Assembly: GCA_043228905.1 (NCBI GenBank)
Contig: JBHGNT010000016.1
Location: forward strand, 18,042,001-18,106,000
From: Azolla caroliniana
Taxonomy: Eukaryota > Plantae > Polypodiophyta
Length of the DNA: 64,000 nucleotides
Direction of reading: 5' to 3'
The first letter of the stretch is position 1. Every line of letters begins with the position of its first letter. The position numbers and the translations under genes are program-made. Below are positions 22,480-38,244 of the stretch, one piece after another. The notes beneath the pieces are model-generated. The model was not told the DNA's origin and did no database searches. It was given only the letters and a program-made list of their open reading frames with translations.

Positions 22480-24350
22480 TGTGCAAAAGATTGGAATCAA
22501 TCTGCCATAAGATTTTTCATCATGGAATCATACATGATAATGGATGAAAGGACAAGATCTTCTCATGAGTGATGAAAATGACAACTCTTCAATTATTATT
22601 GGGGCTAGTAGCTGTTGCAAACCTAGAGCTTCTTCAACTAGATGTAAAGACGACCTTCTTTCACGGTGATCTTGACAAGGAAGTTTATATGGAAGAAGTT
22701 GAAGGTTTCACATCAACCGGCTAGGAACATCCAGTCTCCTGACCTCAAGAAGACTCTATATGGCCTTAAGTAGGCATCCGAGTAGTGATCTATAAAAAAT
22801 TGAACAACTTCATGCAATCAATCGGATTTTCTCGGATTGAAGAGAACCACAACCATATTCCAAAGACATATATGATGGTTTAGATGTCTATCTCATCCTA
22901 TACTTGAAAGATATGTTGTTCATCCTCTACGTGAATTTCACAATGAAGGACTTAGATCCCTCATTACATATCCTAGGGTTGAAGATCATAGGACATAAAA
23001 CCACTCGACAATTGTATTTGTCTCAGACTAATTACATTTGAAATTTTTTGGATAAATACAACATGGATTCAGCCAAATTGCAATGACACTACTATCATGC
23101 AACCTCACACTCTTTGATGTATGAAATGGTCGCAACACAACCAGCCTTCGCGCATGTGGTTGGTACAGTAACCAGATTTATGCTCAACCTCAGTTGACCA
23201 CATTAGGATTCATACTCTTATATGCGTATTGTTTTCAAGCTAACATTATGATTCTAAGTCTTGTTAAATTATAGTGTGTACATTATAATGGACACATGCA
23301 AGTTGTAAGGGCTATTTGTGTAAATAGCTAAAAGGATTCGGTTAACTCTAAATATATCATAGATATATATACTAGTAAACTCTCCTTTTTTTGAACTTGT
23401 GAAAGTAATCATGTATGCCTCCAATAGTCTTTCACTCACTCTAACTCATACTCTAATCTATTCTCACATTTTGCTTGTGATTTCATGCTATTTTGATGTT
23501 AATTGCTCTCCTCCACCACAACATTTGGTGTTAGAGCAAAGGTTTTTTCTGTTTCTAGGAGAATTAGGGTTTTGCTAATTTTTTAGAGTTGAGAAAAGAT
23601 TTTTTTTTAGGGTTTTTTGGGTGAAGCTCATCCATGTTCTCTTTGTGTTACTTGTCTAGTAACTTTGTAGACAATTTTAGAAGCTATTATTTACACCATT
23701 TTCTTGGTTTCTACTACAACTCCTTCCTCAGTTGCTCGCCATTTTCGTTACACCATTCTTTGAGAGAGAATTGTTCCAGACTGAGATTTGGATTCAAGGA
23801 TTCCGCTCGAGGATTCCTCTTGGGCATTTGATCCTAGGCTTCCTCTAGGCTTCGAAGCTTGGGTATAGCTTTTAAAGCATTGGAGTTTGAGGATCCAACT
23901 CATCTTGAGCTTTGAGCTCGAAGACCACATTTGGCATTCAACTTGAGGATTGAGTTCAAAGTTCCCTCTGAATCGAGCATTGCTTCTATACTCAAGCATT
24001 GAGCTCAAAGTTTGTACTCAACTCGAGTATTGTATTCTCCTCAAGCATTGATCTTGTGTATTAAAAAGAAGGAAAAAACAACTAGAAGTCCTTTTCAATG
24101 TCTAGAGTAGTTGGAGCAACAAAATTTACCAGTGGGAGTTTGAGCAAGCATTTGGTTGAGATGGTCACCCATGTCATTGAAACCTTCATTGTATGAGGCA
24201 TTGTCGTCATGCAACCAAGGGCACATGGATCATGGTAGCACAATTTCAAGGGCCTTGTTAGCAACTAGATTGGATGGGTGGCTAAATCATATTGAACCCG
24301 TGCTTGCACACCACATGGTATGCTACATGATTGCATAACAACCATAAAGG
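22480..24350 (+). mobile_element. Degenerate Copia RT fragment, then an LTR ending ~23523 with a PBS-like TGGTGTTAGAGC and a decayed leader
   Basis: QLDVKTTFFHGDLDKEVYM and LYGLK motifs; PBS-like sequence at 23526-23537. Confidence 0.65.
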
Positions 24351-25298
24351 TGAACGGAATAATGAGGGGATGATCCCATCTAGAACATTCAAGGAATAAT
24401 GAATAACATTATCCTTAGGTACCACCTTCAATGCAACAATCATGACTTCACATTACTTGCAAGATTAATTCAAAACCTGTTTGATTATTTAATTTTAATA
24501 CAGTTAGTATCAATGCCTTACGGTTTCCTATTTTCATAGTAAAGACTTCATGGACAGACAGATTGTGGTCTGTCAAAAGTTAAATTATTAGGTGTAACAC
24601 ATGTTAATATACAGTGAAAGTCCAAGGCAGGTCATGAAAGCTCAGAAATCACAAGTGGCACTTTTAGTTTCAGTTAACCATTTGCTTACTTCTGTATGCA
24701 AAAATACTGATTCCCTGAAGGATACCACCTAAGTCTAGGATAATGCAAAACAACACTTACCATCGAAGCTGTATATTACCATCATCATCATGGACATATG
24801 AAAAACAATGCTTTACTAAGGATTCCCTAATGGATACAATAGGCCATAGATAGCAGAAAACAATGCTTACCATCCGACAATTTATGTAACATTGCCCCAA
24901 TGGAGGGAGTTGAAAGTAAAGCTTTCTAACCATCACGCCGGGTCACAAAAATAGCAAAACAAAAGCCTTTGTCACAATGCGATCAACACAACAGAATATG
25001 GAAAGCAGCTTCTACTCCCCTTTAAAGGTACACAAAAGTAGAGATGCTGAAATCTTGTGTGCCATTTTGATGTTTCAATAAATGGAAACAGAATAACTAC
25101 TGCAATCTGCAGTGGATGTACAATCATTTCTTAGCCAAGGTTAGCATCATAATATTTTGCCTCTTGGCTAAAGGGGCTTTGACTGAATTGAGCATGTGTG
25201 AAATGAAGTATCATGTTCTGTCATATAAGTTCAATTAAATCATTTGTTTTGAAATAAGTATGGACATGGATATACCAACTGCCCTTAGGACAGCCATA

Positions 25299-29147
<3,849 letters not shown>

Positions 29148-29680
29148 GGCGATGATCTGATCTTCCTTCTTTCTTTGCGTCCTTCCTTTTTATCTCCTTA
29201 CTGAAGTAACGCTTCTTTTTTTCTCGGAAAAGCTCTTACCTGATCTTCGATTCTTCTCCTCCTCGGAATAAAAAAACGAAATCTGATCCGATCTTCGTCT
29301 GTTTATTGCTCTGATTCCTCTTCTCCGTCTCCTCCTTCTTGTCGGAGGAGATCTGAGATCTGAGATCTGATCTGATGTGATCTTCGTCTTGATTTCTTTC
29401 TTTCCTTCCTCTCTTCTGTCGATCCGTCTTTCCTTGATCCTGCTTCTGCTTCTGCTTCTGATTCTTCTTCAGAGAAGGCCTGATCGGAATGGATCGATTG
29501 CTTCTCCTTCTCCTGCTGATCTTCTCTGCTTCTTTCCTTTCTGACGCAGAAGACGAAGAAGAAGAAGAAGAAGAAGAAGAAGAAGACATGGCTGCTCCAA
29601 TACGCTATTTCTTATTTTGTTTATTCCTTTATTTATTTCTAATTTTTATTTATTTATTTATTTATTTATTTACCTATTTG
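29148..29680 (-). promoter_or_regulatory. 5' UTR/leader of AMMECR1 with a probable short UTR intron (~29159-29238) and a (TTC)n tract
   Basis: Minus-strand AG|GTAAG donor near 29238, CAG acceptor just upstream of GCCATG, CT/GA-rich leader. Confidence 0.5.
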
Positions 29681-29681
29681 T

Positions 29682-30410
29682 CTGGTGATGGCACGCAATG
29701 TCGCCACCAATCTTGAAATACCACTCTCTCGTCGTTGGATGCCTAACCGCCGCTGCTGTCAGAAGCGGGATATTGCAAGGTGGGTAGTTTATCTGGGGCG
29801 GATGCCTCCCAAAGAGTAACGAAGGTGTGCGAAGGTAGGCTCAAGCTAATATTCTGACAGCTTGTGAGCGTAATGGTATAAGCCTGCCTGACTGTAAGAC
29901 TTACCAGTCGAGCAGGGACGAAAGTCGGCCATAGTGATCCGGGAGTCCCGTGTGGAAGGGCTCTCGCTCAACGGATCAAAGGTACGCTGGGGATAACAGG
30001 CTGATGACTCCCAAGAGCTCTTATCGACGGAGTCGTTTGGCACCTCGATGTCGACTCATCATATCCTGGGGTTGAATAAGGTCCCAAGGGTTCGGTTGTT
30101 CGCCGATGAAAGTGGTACGTGAGTTGGGTTTAGAACGTCGTGAGACAGTTCGGTTCCTATCTACCATTGGTTTGCCGAGAACTGCGAGAAGCTTACCCTA
30201 GTACGAGAGGACTGGGTTGGGTCAACCTATGGTGTTCCGGTTGTTGTGCCAGCAACAGCGCCGGGTAGCTAAGTTGGTAGGGAAGAACCGCTGAAAGCAT
30301 CTAAGCAGGAAATCCTTCTCTAGACAAGTTCTCCTACCAAGTGAAAGAACATCACTTCGATAGGCGAGAGGTGAAAGCGCCGCGAGGACGATGGGCTTCC
30401 TCGTACCAAT
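29682..30410 (+). rRNA. rrn26: Mitochondrial LSU rRNA 3' portion (domains V-VI), nuclear pseudo-copy
   Basis: GGGTAGTTTATCTGGGGCGG, GGGATAACAGGCTGAT, GTTTGGCACCTCGATGTCG, sarcin-ricin loop AGTACGAGAGGAC, GCTGAAAGCATCTAAGC. Confidence 0.92.
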
Positions 30411-30806
30411 CTATTTCCAACTTTCCGAAAAAGAAAGAGACAGTAATAATAATAAAAAGAATAACTTGGTCGAATGATTTTCCTTTCCAGCTTTCTTTGT
30501 GTCTCCCACAAAATTCTACTATGTGAAGATTCGCGCGCGAGAAGGCAAAACAAAAATTGAGAAACACGCACGAAAAGCCCGAGCCAGCTACAGAGTGCTG
30601 CTGCTCCGGGTCGCCTCAATCCCTCGGTAAAGAACCACGGGTCTAGCCGAGCCAGAGCAAGCTCCGTCTAGCGGAGCCAGGGCGGGCGTCTAGAGAAGAA
30701 AGTGGCGGACGAGGGCCCGAGTAGGCCGGGCAGAGCAGCAAGAGATTCTGATCCCCTGCCCGCCCCACATTCTCTCTCAAAAGAGCTTTGCTTCCTCTTA
30801 ACGTTT

Positions 30807-30890
30807 GCTCACTTGGTGAAAATGGTAAACACGACAGACTTAAAATCTGTTCCATTTCAAGGGTTATCGGTTCGAGTCCGATAGTGAGCA
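30807..30890 (+). tRNA. trnL: Mitochondrial tRNA-Leu(UAA) in the NUMT
   Basis: Acceptor stem GCTCACT/AGTGAGC; anticodon arm ACAGA-CTTAAAA-TCTGT; long variable arm; GGTTCGAGTCC. Confidence 0.9.
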
Positions 30891-30891
30891 T

Positions 30892-30980
30892 ACCTGCTTG
30901 CTTGCTTGCTTGGTGGAATTGGTAAACGCGACAGACTTTGAATCTGCTCCAGGTTATCGGTTCGAATCCGATAGCGGGTA
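30892..30980 (+). tRNA. trnL(CAA)-like gene body with a TTG anticodon and a (TGCT)4 expansion in the acceptor stem; probably a pseudogene
   Basis: ACCTGCT.../AGCGGGTA ends; Leu-type D and T arms nearly the same as the neighbouring trnL; anticodon loop CTTTGAA. Confidence 0.75.
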
Positions 30981-31052
30981 CGGACGTGTCTAAATTGGGC
31001 GGGCCCCTTCTGAATCTGAAGGAGCGGGAAGCTAGCCCTTCTTTTCTTTGGG

Positions 31053-31125
31053 GGCGGGTATAACTTAATGGTCAGAGTGTCAAATTGTGAATTTGAAAAC
31101 ACGGGTTCGAATCCCGTTACTCGCC
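31053..31125 (+). tRNA. trnH: Native mitochondrial tRNA-His(GUG) in the NUMT
   Basis: GGCGGGTATAACTTAATGG...TCAAA-TTGTGAA-TTTGA...GGTTCGAATCCCGTTACTCGCC. Confidence 0.88.
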
Positions 31126-32009
31126 AATTGAGTATAGAAACCAAAAACTCTATACTCCCCATGCATACGTGTGGGTCCTACATCTTTAACTCTGTTTTTC
31201 CTTACGGTTTTCCTTAACCAATAAACCCTCTTGTTTAGTATAGAAACATACCTTTTCATATTCTATACTCCCGCATGAATGAAGGCCTATAGTCTCCTAG
31301 CCTCCTGAGCTATACTGCGCTTCATCGATTAGGTAAAAAGCTGCTGTTACTTATTTCACTACCAGAGTTACTGTAGTAATTAGTAATGCAGATGAGAATG
31401 AGCGGGTGCGGGAATAAAGAGATTTTGCGGCCGTGCCATCTTCTCCGTAGTACTTGATCGCTGTTGCGCTTCGCCCTGAAAACAACAGAAATGGAAGGAA
31501 TGGCTCAAAAGGTGGGTCCCTGAGGAAAGGAAAGGAAAGGAAAGGAAAGGAAAGGAAAGGAGTCGATAGCCGATTATGCCGCTTCTTCCGGATGACCCGG
31601 TTCATCAAACCAAACAGGTTCTTCATGCATGCATGCATGCATGCATGAAGGCCTTCATGATGAACCGCCTTCTATATTGGCCTAGAATCAATTTGACTTC
31701 TTAAGGTTACTTCAAGTTCGAGACGGGGACCCCCCTTGGGCCTTTGTCGGCATGAGGTATCTCTGCATTATTCTATTACTTGCTAGTACAGCAATCAGCA
31801 TTTTTTTTTGGCGGGCAGGCAGGCAGGCAGGCAGGCAGGCAGTAAGACGACATGGTTCTCCAATCCAATGTAGCTGCTATTCTCAGAGACGACCGGAAGT
31901 CGAGAGATAGCGAAGCACGCACGGAGGAGGTAGACATTTCTTTTATAAATCTCTGGCTGGAGGTTAGGTTCTTCTACACAAAAAAAACTTAAACCCTTAA
32001 ACATAAACC

Positions 32010-32455
32010 GAGAGGCAAATACCGTGAAACCGCGTTATAACGGCTAAAATGGTTTGGTTCAGGTTTAGGTTCAGCTTCAACTTCAACTTCAACTTCATTT
32101 AAACGGTTCAGTTTAGTTCGGTTTCAACAGTCAGAAACCACGGTTTAAACGGTTTAACAGTTTTTTTTTCATTTATAATTTTTTTAAATAAATTGTTTTT
32201 TAACAATCTTTTCATTTTTAGACCTTATTCTCACATTTTTAGGAACATCTTTAAAAATATAATATTTTAAATAATTAAAAATTAAAAATTAAAAAAAATT
32301 TAAAATTAAAATTTGACCTAAGTTGAAAATTGAAAGCGAACCATGAAACCGTGGTTTTAACAATTTGAACTTTTATTAACAGTTTCATGGTTCGGTTCAG
32401 GTTTCAAAAAATTTAAACGGTTCGGTTTTGACCCTCTCAAACCAAACCAAACTGT
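32010..32455 (+). mobile_element. Truncated copy of the hAT MITE family seen at 58551-59093
   Basis: Shared GGTTCGG/AAACCG subterminal motifs, the core TTATTCTCACATTTT-AGGAACATCTT and the end GACCCTCTCAAACCAAACC. Confidence 0.75.
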
Positions 32456-32495
32456 ATTGTTATATGTATGCACGGCATGGCATGCATACATACAT

Positions 32496-32662
32496 ATGCC
32501 TTCCACACCTCGACCTAGACCTACCATGGGGCCACTTTTCACGACCTGCCTCTAAAGTCATGAAGGTCATAAAAAAAATTACAACATAGGAAGTCCATGG
32601 ACCACACAAGATTGCGAGCCGAACACATCATATATGCTAGAGAGTGCCTAGCTCCTTTTCTC
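32496..32662 (+). mobile_element. Short fragment of the same LINE family as 19037-22140
   Basis: Encodes a degenerate MPSTPRP..TMG..FT...IKKLQHRKSMDHTRLRAEHIIYARECLAPFL, matching 21387-21230. Confidence 0.85.
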
Positions 32663-32866
32663 CCTCACGCTCAACCCCTTAGGAAGGGGGGGTGGAGCTA
32701 TCCTTGGCTCCACCCCCCACCCATCAACATTGTGTTATTAGCTTAGTTTCAATAATCTGAGGATGTTGACCTAAAAATGACGCATCGAGGGTGGATGTTA
32801 TTCCTGTATAGTTAACTTAGTTTCACTACAGCGGGAGTGTCGACCTAACAACCAAATTGATCTGGA

Positions 32867-32939
32867 GTCGTGTTAGCTCATTTGGTAGAGCACATGGGTT
32901 TTAATCACGTGGTCATGGATCTGATTCCTGTAGATGGAG
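32867..32939 (+). pseudogene. Degenerate nuclear tRNA-Lys(UUU) pseudogene
   Basis: GTCGTGTTAGCTCATTTGGTAGAGCACATGGGTTTTAATCACGTGGTC...; aligns by eye with plant tRNA-Lys(UUU); B box decayed. Confidence 0.65.
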
Positions 32940-33532
32940 AATGCTCCTATATCATTATGACATAGATTTGAGTTACGATGAGATATGAATGTAGGGGGTT
33001 GATAATTGAGAAAGTGAGGCATTCGCAATGTTATAATATGTTAGAGAACGAATATGATAAGGACCTGCAAGGTAAGATGTGTACACCAAACAACACAGAT
33101 ATGCAACAAGAAGAAGAAGGAAGTTAGAAGATAGACATTGATTAAGTTTCAATGGAAGTTTTCTCTTATTCTCTTCTCTATAACTCTTTTCACTCCAAGA
33201 CGCTCTTTACAATGTTAGGCTTGAGCTTATATACTCAAGCCCTAACTAGAGAGTGTGTTCACACTAAGGATACAAAGAGGAAGGAGTCGGCATTTTATGT
33301 CAACAAACTCCCCCGTAAAAGGGTTGTAACTCTTTCCTATGTATACAAATAATTGGGGTTATCTCCCTCGTGAACCTAGATTACAAATCTAATCTATAGT
33401 TACAATTATACATTCAAGATTGTCGACATTCAATCGAACCAATAGAGGTAAGGTCGATGTCTAGCTTGATTCGGTTGATCTTCTAGATTGTGTATTGTCC
33501 GGTCTGGCATGTATGAATAGGTGGGATCAACC

Positions 33533-34177
33533 TGTTCGGATCAATTTGCGGGGAAATGGGGCTCGGCCACAACCGAGTCTTAAACACTCAATGGAAGAAA
33601 ACGGAAAATAGAAATAAGATAGACACAATATGTTAACGTGGAAAACCCTAATAGTGAAAAAAACTACAGGAGCCCACAGATGCCAACTATCATTGTAAGA
33701 AGAGGATACAATGCGAAACTCAGAGGCAACGACCTCAAGCTCTATGTCTTCGCCAAGCGGCGGTTACAACAGAAAAGCTTTTGTATCTCGCGCTCTCTGT
33801 GTATCTATACAACAATATCTCTACACACATAAAAAATAAAATAAAGAAGTGATTTCCCTAAGTCATATTTATACTTATATGACTTTAGGACTATTTACAA
33901 ATATTGTTATGATAGTCATTCTAGAAACATATTTATAGATATGTCCTTGGATCCGGTTCACACCGGATCCCATTCGGAGGGACTGAATTCCCAACACAAT
34001 TTACCTCTGAGTCGATTTGTTTATGACTTTGGGACTATTTACAAATATGGCTATGGTAGGCACTCTAGAAACATATTTATAGATATGTCCCTGGATCCAA
34101 TTCACATTGGTTCTCATCCGGATCCCATTCGGAGGGACCGAATTCCCAACACAATTTACCTATGAGTTGACTTGTTT
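33533..34177 (-). repeat. Solo LTR (Tork-like Copia, related to the element I LTR) with a tandem duplication of its end plus flank
   Basis: TGTTCGG...CCCAACA (ends at 33996 and again at 34151); shares GTGGAAA.CC and CTCAGAGGCAACGACCTC with 42196-42672; degenerate TSD CAACC/CAATT. Confidence 0.7.
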
Positions 34178-37100
34178 GCTTGAACCGATTCTTGGTCTTT
34201 AGTCAATCTGCTTCTCGCTTGTGCTGGCTCTTGAGCTCCTAGTTGGATCTTTGATTTGGCTTTGGCTTTGCTCGCTTGTCGATCTTTTTCTCTCCAGTTG
34301 ATATCCTCATTGAGTGTTGCATCTTCATCTTCTCGGTATTCCGACTCTTTGGATTTTGCCTTCTTGGTTTGTTCGATTGGGTCGGTCTTCGTCTTCCCTT
34401 CTGTTGTTGCTCGTTTGGCTTCTTTCTGCTCGGGTGCTTGTCATAGGTCCATCATTGTCCTCAGTGTTATGAAGCGTTGATCTAGGAGTGGCTTCGTCAG
34501 GCAATCGACGATATTAATCTCGATGTCGATCTTCCGGACTTCGAGCTTCTTCTCCATCATGAGCTCCCAGATATAATGAAATTTCGTCTCAATGTGTTTC
34601 GTCTTTGCGTGATAGACCAGATTTTGAATGAGGTGTATTGCGCTCTAAGAGTCGCAATAGATGGTCGGCGCTAGATGGTCGAGTCGTCTTGTTGTTGAGA
34701 AATCAGCTGATAGTCGGTGCAGCCATATGGCTTCCTTCGATGCCTTTGATGTTGCTATGTACTTAGCCTTGTGGTAGATAGGGTGGTGCACTCTTGAAGT
34801 TTCAACCTCCATGATATGGCGTCGTTGCCATAGGTGAAAATATAGCCTGATGTTGACTTCCGATTATCCGTATTTTCGGCATAGTAGGAGTCGGTATAGC
34901 CTTCGACTTCTGTTGAATTGGCCGATCCGAAAGTCAGTTGTGCATCCTTGGTTCCTCTCGGATACCCTAAAGATTGGCTTGACAGCCTCCCAATGCTTCC
35001 GTCCTGGGTTTGACATGTACCAGATGATGACACCTACAACATAGGCAAAGTTAGGTCAGGTCACCACCATTGCATACATGATACTCCCTATTGTCACGAC
35101 CCAAGCTTCGAAGACGATGTTGATTTGGAAGAAAAGAAGATAATAACAAACAAGAAGATGCTTACAAGACAAGAAGATAGGAATTTCTATTACCGGAAAC
35201 CAAGATTACAAGGTTGCTGAAGACTGGTGTTGAATCGGAATGGTTCAACACTAAGCAGATCTTCCACTTATATAGTGTACATATGATTGTGCATGATCGC
35301 CATTTGGCATACATGCTATGTCCCATTTGGCGATAATCTATTGTGTCCCATTTGGCGATAATCTATTGTGTCCCATTTGGCGATCGTCTATTGTGTCTTG
35401 TGCCCATAATTCTTGAATAATAATAATATGAAAATATATTTATTAATTAAAGTTAGTTGGTGTATTGGTTAGAGTGTTGTGAGACCCTTGTCTAAAGGTT
35501 ATAAGTTTAAATCTTGATATTGACATTTTGTGACATCATCCCGTCCTTCCTTTGACGACGATTTCCATGAGTCGCAATGCATGAACTAGGTTTTGGTTTA
35601 TGGGGATAACGACGATGAAACCCCTATATAAGTTCAAAGGCATTAGTGACATTTGCTACGGGTTCCCATGTTCGATCCTCAAGCGTGTGCCAAGCCAATC
35701 TACCAAATAATATAACTTATTGCATATGACCTTGGAGTCCAAAAATAGCTTCTACCTCATATTCTGGTCCTTCTGCAAGTTGAACTGGAGGTGGTGGTGG
35801 AATAACCCAATTTGGGATAGAACTTGATGTCCATGGTTCTAACAGTGAAACATGAAACACTTGATGAAGATGCATATGTGAAGGCAAGTCCAAAAGAAAT
35901 GCAACCTCATTGACTTGATGAGAGATTACAAATGGACCTAGACGTTGGAAATCCAATTTGTCACATGGCCTAATAGTTTTCACATTACGACGTAATAACC
36001 ATACCCGATCACTAACTTTAAACTTAGGGTCCTCAAGTATAGAATCTAAGTGATGTTTATCTACCACCTTCTTCTACTAAGCTTGAGCATGAAGCAAATT
36101 ATCAGAAATGTTGGCTTGAACTTCTTTGAGTTGTTCTAGACGATCTTTGACAACGGGATTGTTTGAGACTTTTGGATATTCAAGCATCATGGCCTTCCAG
36201 ATGAAATTATTAGTGATCGTGGGCCACAATTTATTGTGAAGTTTTGGACACACTTACTTGAGATCCTTAGAATTTCTCGTAAACTATCATCAAACTACCA
36301 TCCTCAAACCGATGGTCAAACAGAACGCACGAATCAAACATTAGAACAATATCTCCGTTGCTTTATCAATTATCAACAAGATGATTGGGTGGATTTCTTA
36401 CATATGGCAGAATTTGCTTACAATAATTCAATCCATTCTTCTATGGGATTCACTCCATTCTTTGCAAACAAAGGATATCATCCTCGTTGGATGATGTTGC
36501 AACAACCTTGTAATCTTGGTTTCCAGCAATAGAAATTCTTGTCTTCTTGTCTTGTAAGTGTCTTCTCGTTTGTTATTATCTTCTTTTCTTCCAAATTAAC
36601 ATCGTCTTCGAAGCTTGGGTCATGATAGTTTGAACCGGGATGGTTCAACACTAAGCAGATCTTCCACTTATATAGTGTACATAGGATTGTGCATGATCGC
36701 CATTTGGCATACATGTTGTGTGCCACTTGGATACATCCATGCATGCCATTTGGTGATCATCTATTGCGTTTTGTGCCCATAATTCTTGATTAATAATAAT
36801 ATGAAAATATATTTGTTGTTTAAAGTTAGTTAGTGTATTGGTTAGAGTGTGAGACTTAACCTTGTTTAAAGGTTACAAGTTCAAATCTTGATATTGACAT
36901 CTTGTGACACCTATGGCCGATGTAGTGTATCTTTCCATTGAGCTTTCTCTCCTCATATGTTGAAGGAGAGTCTCTCTCTAATAGTATGATCAACATCGGT
37001 AGTGGAATCGATGCGCATTCTCTATGTTGAAGCGCTTTAGCACCTTACGAATGTAGTTGGACTGGGAGAGTCAGAGAGTCTTTGTCATTTGATTTCGCTT

Positions 37101-38244
37101 GATCCTCATGCCCAGTATGTGTCGGGCTTGTCTGAGTTCCTTCATCGCAAATTTGTCGTGAAGGCTCCGCTTTAGTTCTCCAATTTGTGCTCGATTGCTC
37201 CCTACAATGAGCATGTGATCGACATATAGGATCAGATAGATCCGGGACTCATTGGCTAATTGCCAAATATACATACATGGGTTGGAGTCGGACCAGCAAT
37301 AGTCGAGCTACCGAATATAAGTATCGAATTTCTGATACCACATCATCGGCTCTTGTTTTAAGCCATATAGGCTTTTCTTCAGTTGACATGCGAGGTGATT
37401 TTACTCCCCCATAGCCGTGAAGCCTACCGTGTCTTCTTCCAAGTCTTTGTGTAGGAATGTCGTCTTGACGTCCAGTTGCTTGAACTCTAGGTCTTCAGTC
37501 GCCACAACCCCAAGTAGGAGTCGAAGGGTGGTCAAATTGACTATTAGTGAGAATATCTCATTGTAATCGACCCCATGTTCTTGTTTGAATCCTTTTGTGA
37601 TGAGCCAAGCTTTGCATTTGGGCTTCTCTGAATCAGATACATATTTGTATCGGAAGACCCATTTGCAGGGCAACGACTTCCTTCCAACTGGTAATTTGAG
37701 CAACTCCCATGTCTGATTTTCCTTGATTGAGTCCAACTTGGATTTCATGGCTTGTAGCCATGTGTCAACGTCTAGTGTGGCTATAGCTTCCTCATAGGAG
37801 CTTAGTTCACCTACATCCATGTAATTGACATAGTCGATGGCCAATTGAAAAAACTCTGTCGGCCTTTGGACTCGTCTAGATCTCCTGGGTGCTGAGTTGA
37901 TTGGTTCAGAGCCTTCGATCATTTCTGTCTGTTGATCGGTACTTCTTGAACCATCTTCATGAGTCCTATTGGATGACTCGCCCCTGCAATAGGATTTCGG
38001 TGATGTCAAATCACTCTCCCCTTTTTCAGGATCAATTGATTGAGTGGTTGGTGCCTTGGTCAATTCGGTTCAGCCTATCCATACCTTAGACTATTTGGGT
38101 GAGTTGATCGATTCAACTTTGTGTTAGGAATATGTCCCTCTAGTGGGAGGAGCCGATTGCACGTAGAGAGCCAACAGTCGAAGACTAGAAGGAGCCGACT
38201 ATTCGGGTCGAGTGTCGATGGTTGAGGAATCGACTGCGAAAAAG
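34178..38244 (-). mobile_element. Copia element D (RT-RNase H portion), same family as H, interrupted by F and truncated at E
   Basis: KWVFRYKYVSDSEKPK, QLDVKTTFLH, LYVD, YTDS...RKSTSGY motifs. Confidence 0.88.
35092..36909 (-). mobile_element. Internally deleted and rearranged Tcn1-like chromovirus F, TSD CCTAT
   Basis: TSD at 35087-35091 and 36910-36914; LTR 35092-35535; PPT; chromodomain EYEVEAI; GPF integrase C-terminus; inverted INT piece 36190-36500. Confidence 0.88.

Larger units (their letters stand above)
29682..31970 (+). other. NUMT (nuclear mitochondrial insertion); right boundary approximate
   Basis: Mitochondrial-type rrn26, three mitochondrial tRNAs and GC-richer spacers with (GGAAA)n, (GCAT)n and (GGCA)n. 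Apparent C>T/G>A changes at normally conserved rRNA positions. Confidence 0.88.

Noticed and set aside
29236-29716. Poly-Ser and poly-Glu ORFs, one with a signal-peptide look
   Set aside because: Products of the (GAA)n and CT-rich AMMECR1 leader.
29682-31125. Bacterial contamination or a functional rRNA/tRNA operon
   Set aside because: The sequence is plant-mitochondrial in type, 5'-truncated, mutated at conserved sites and embedded in nuclear DNA.
31351-31940. Possible mitochondrial gene end (31351-31450) and a group II intron start GTGCG (~31922, minus strand)
   Set aside because: I could not match them to any mitochondrial protein or find intron domain V/VI.
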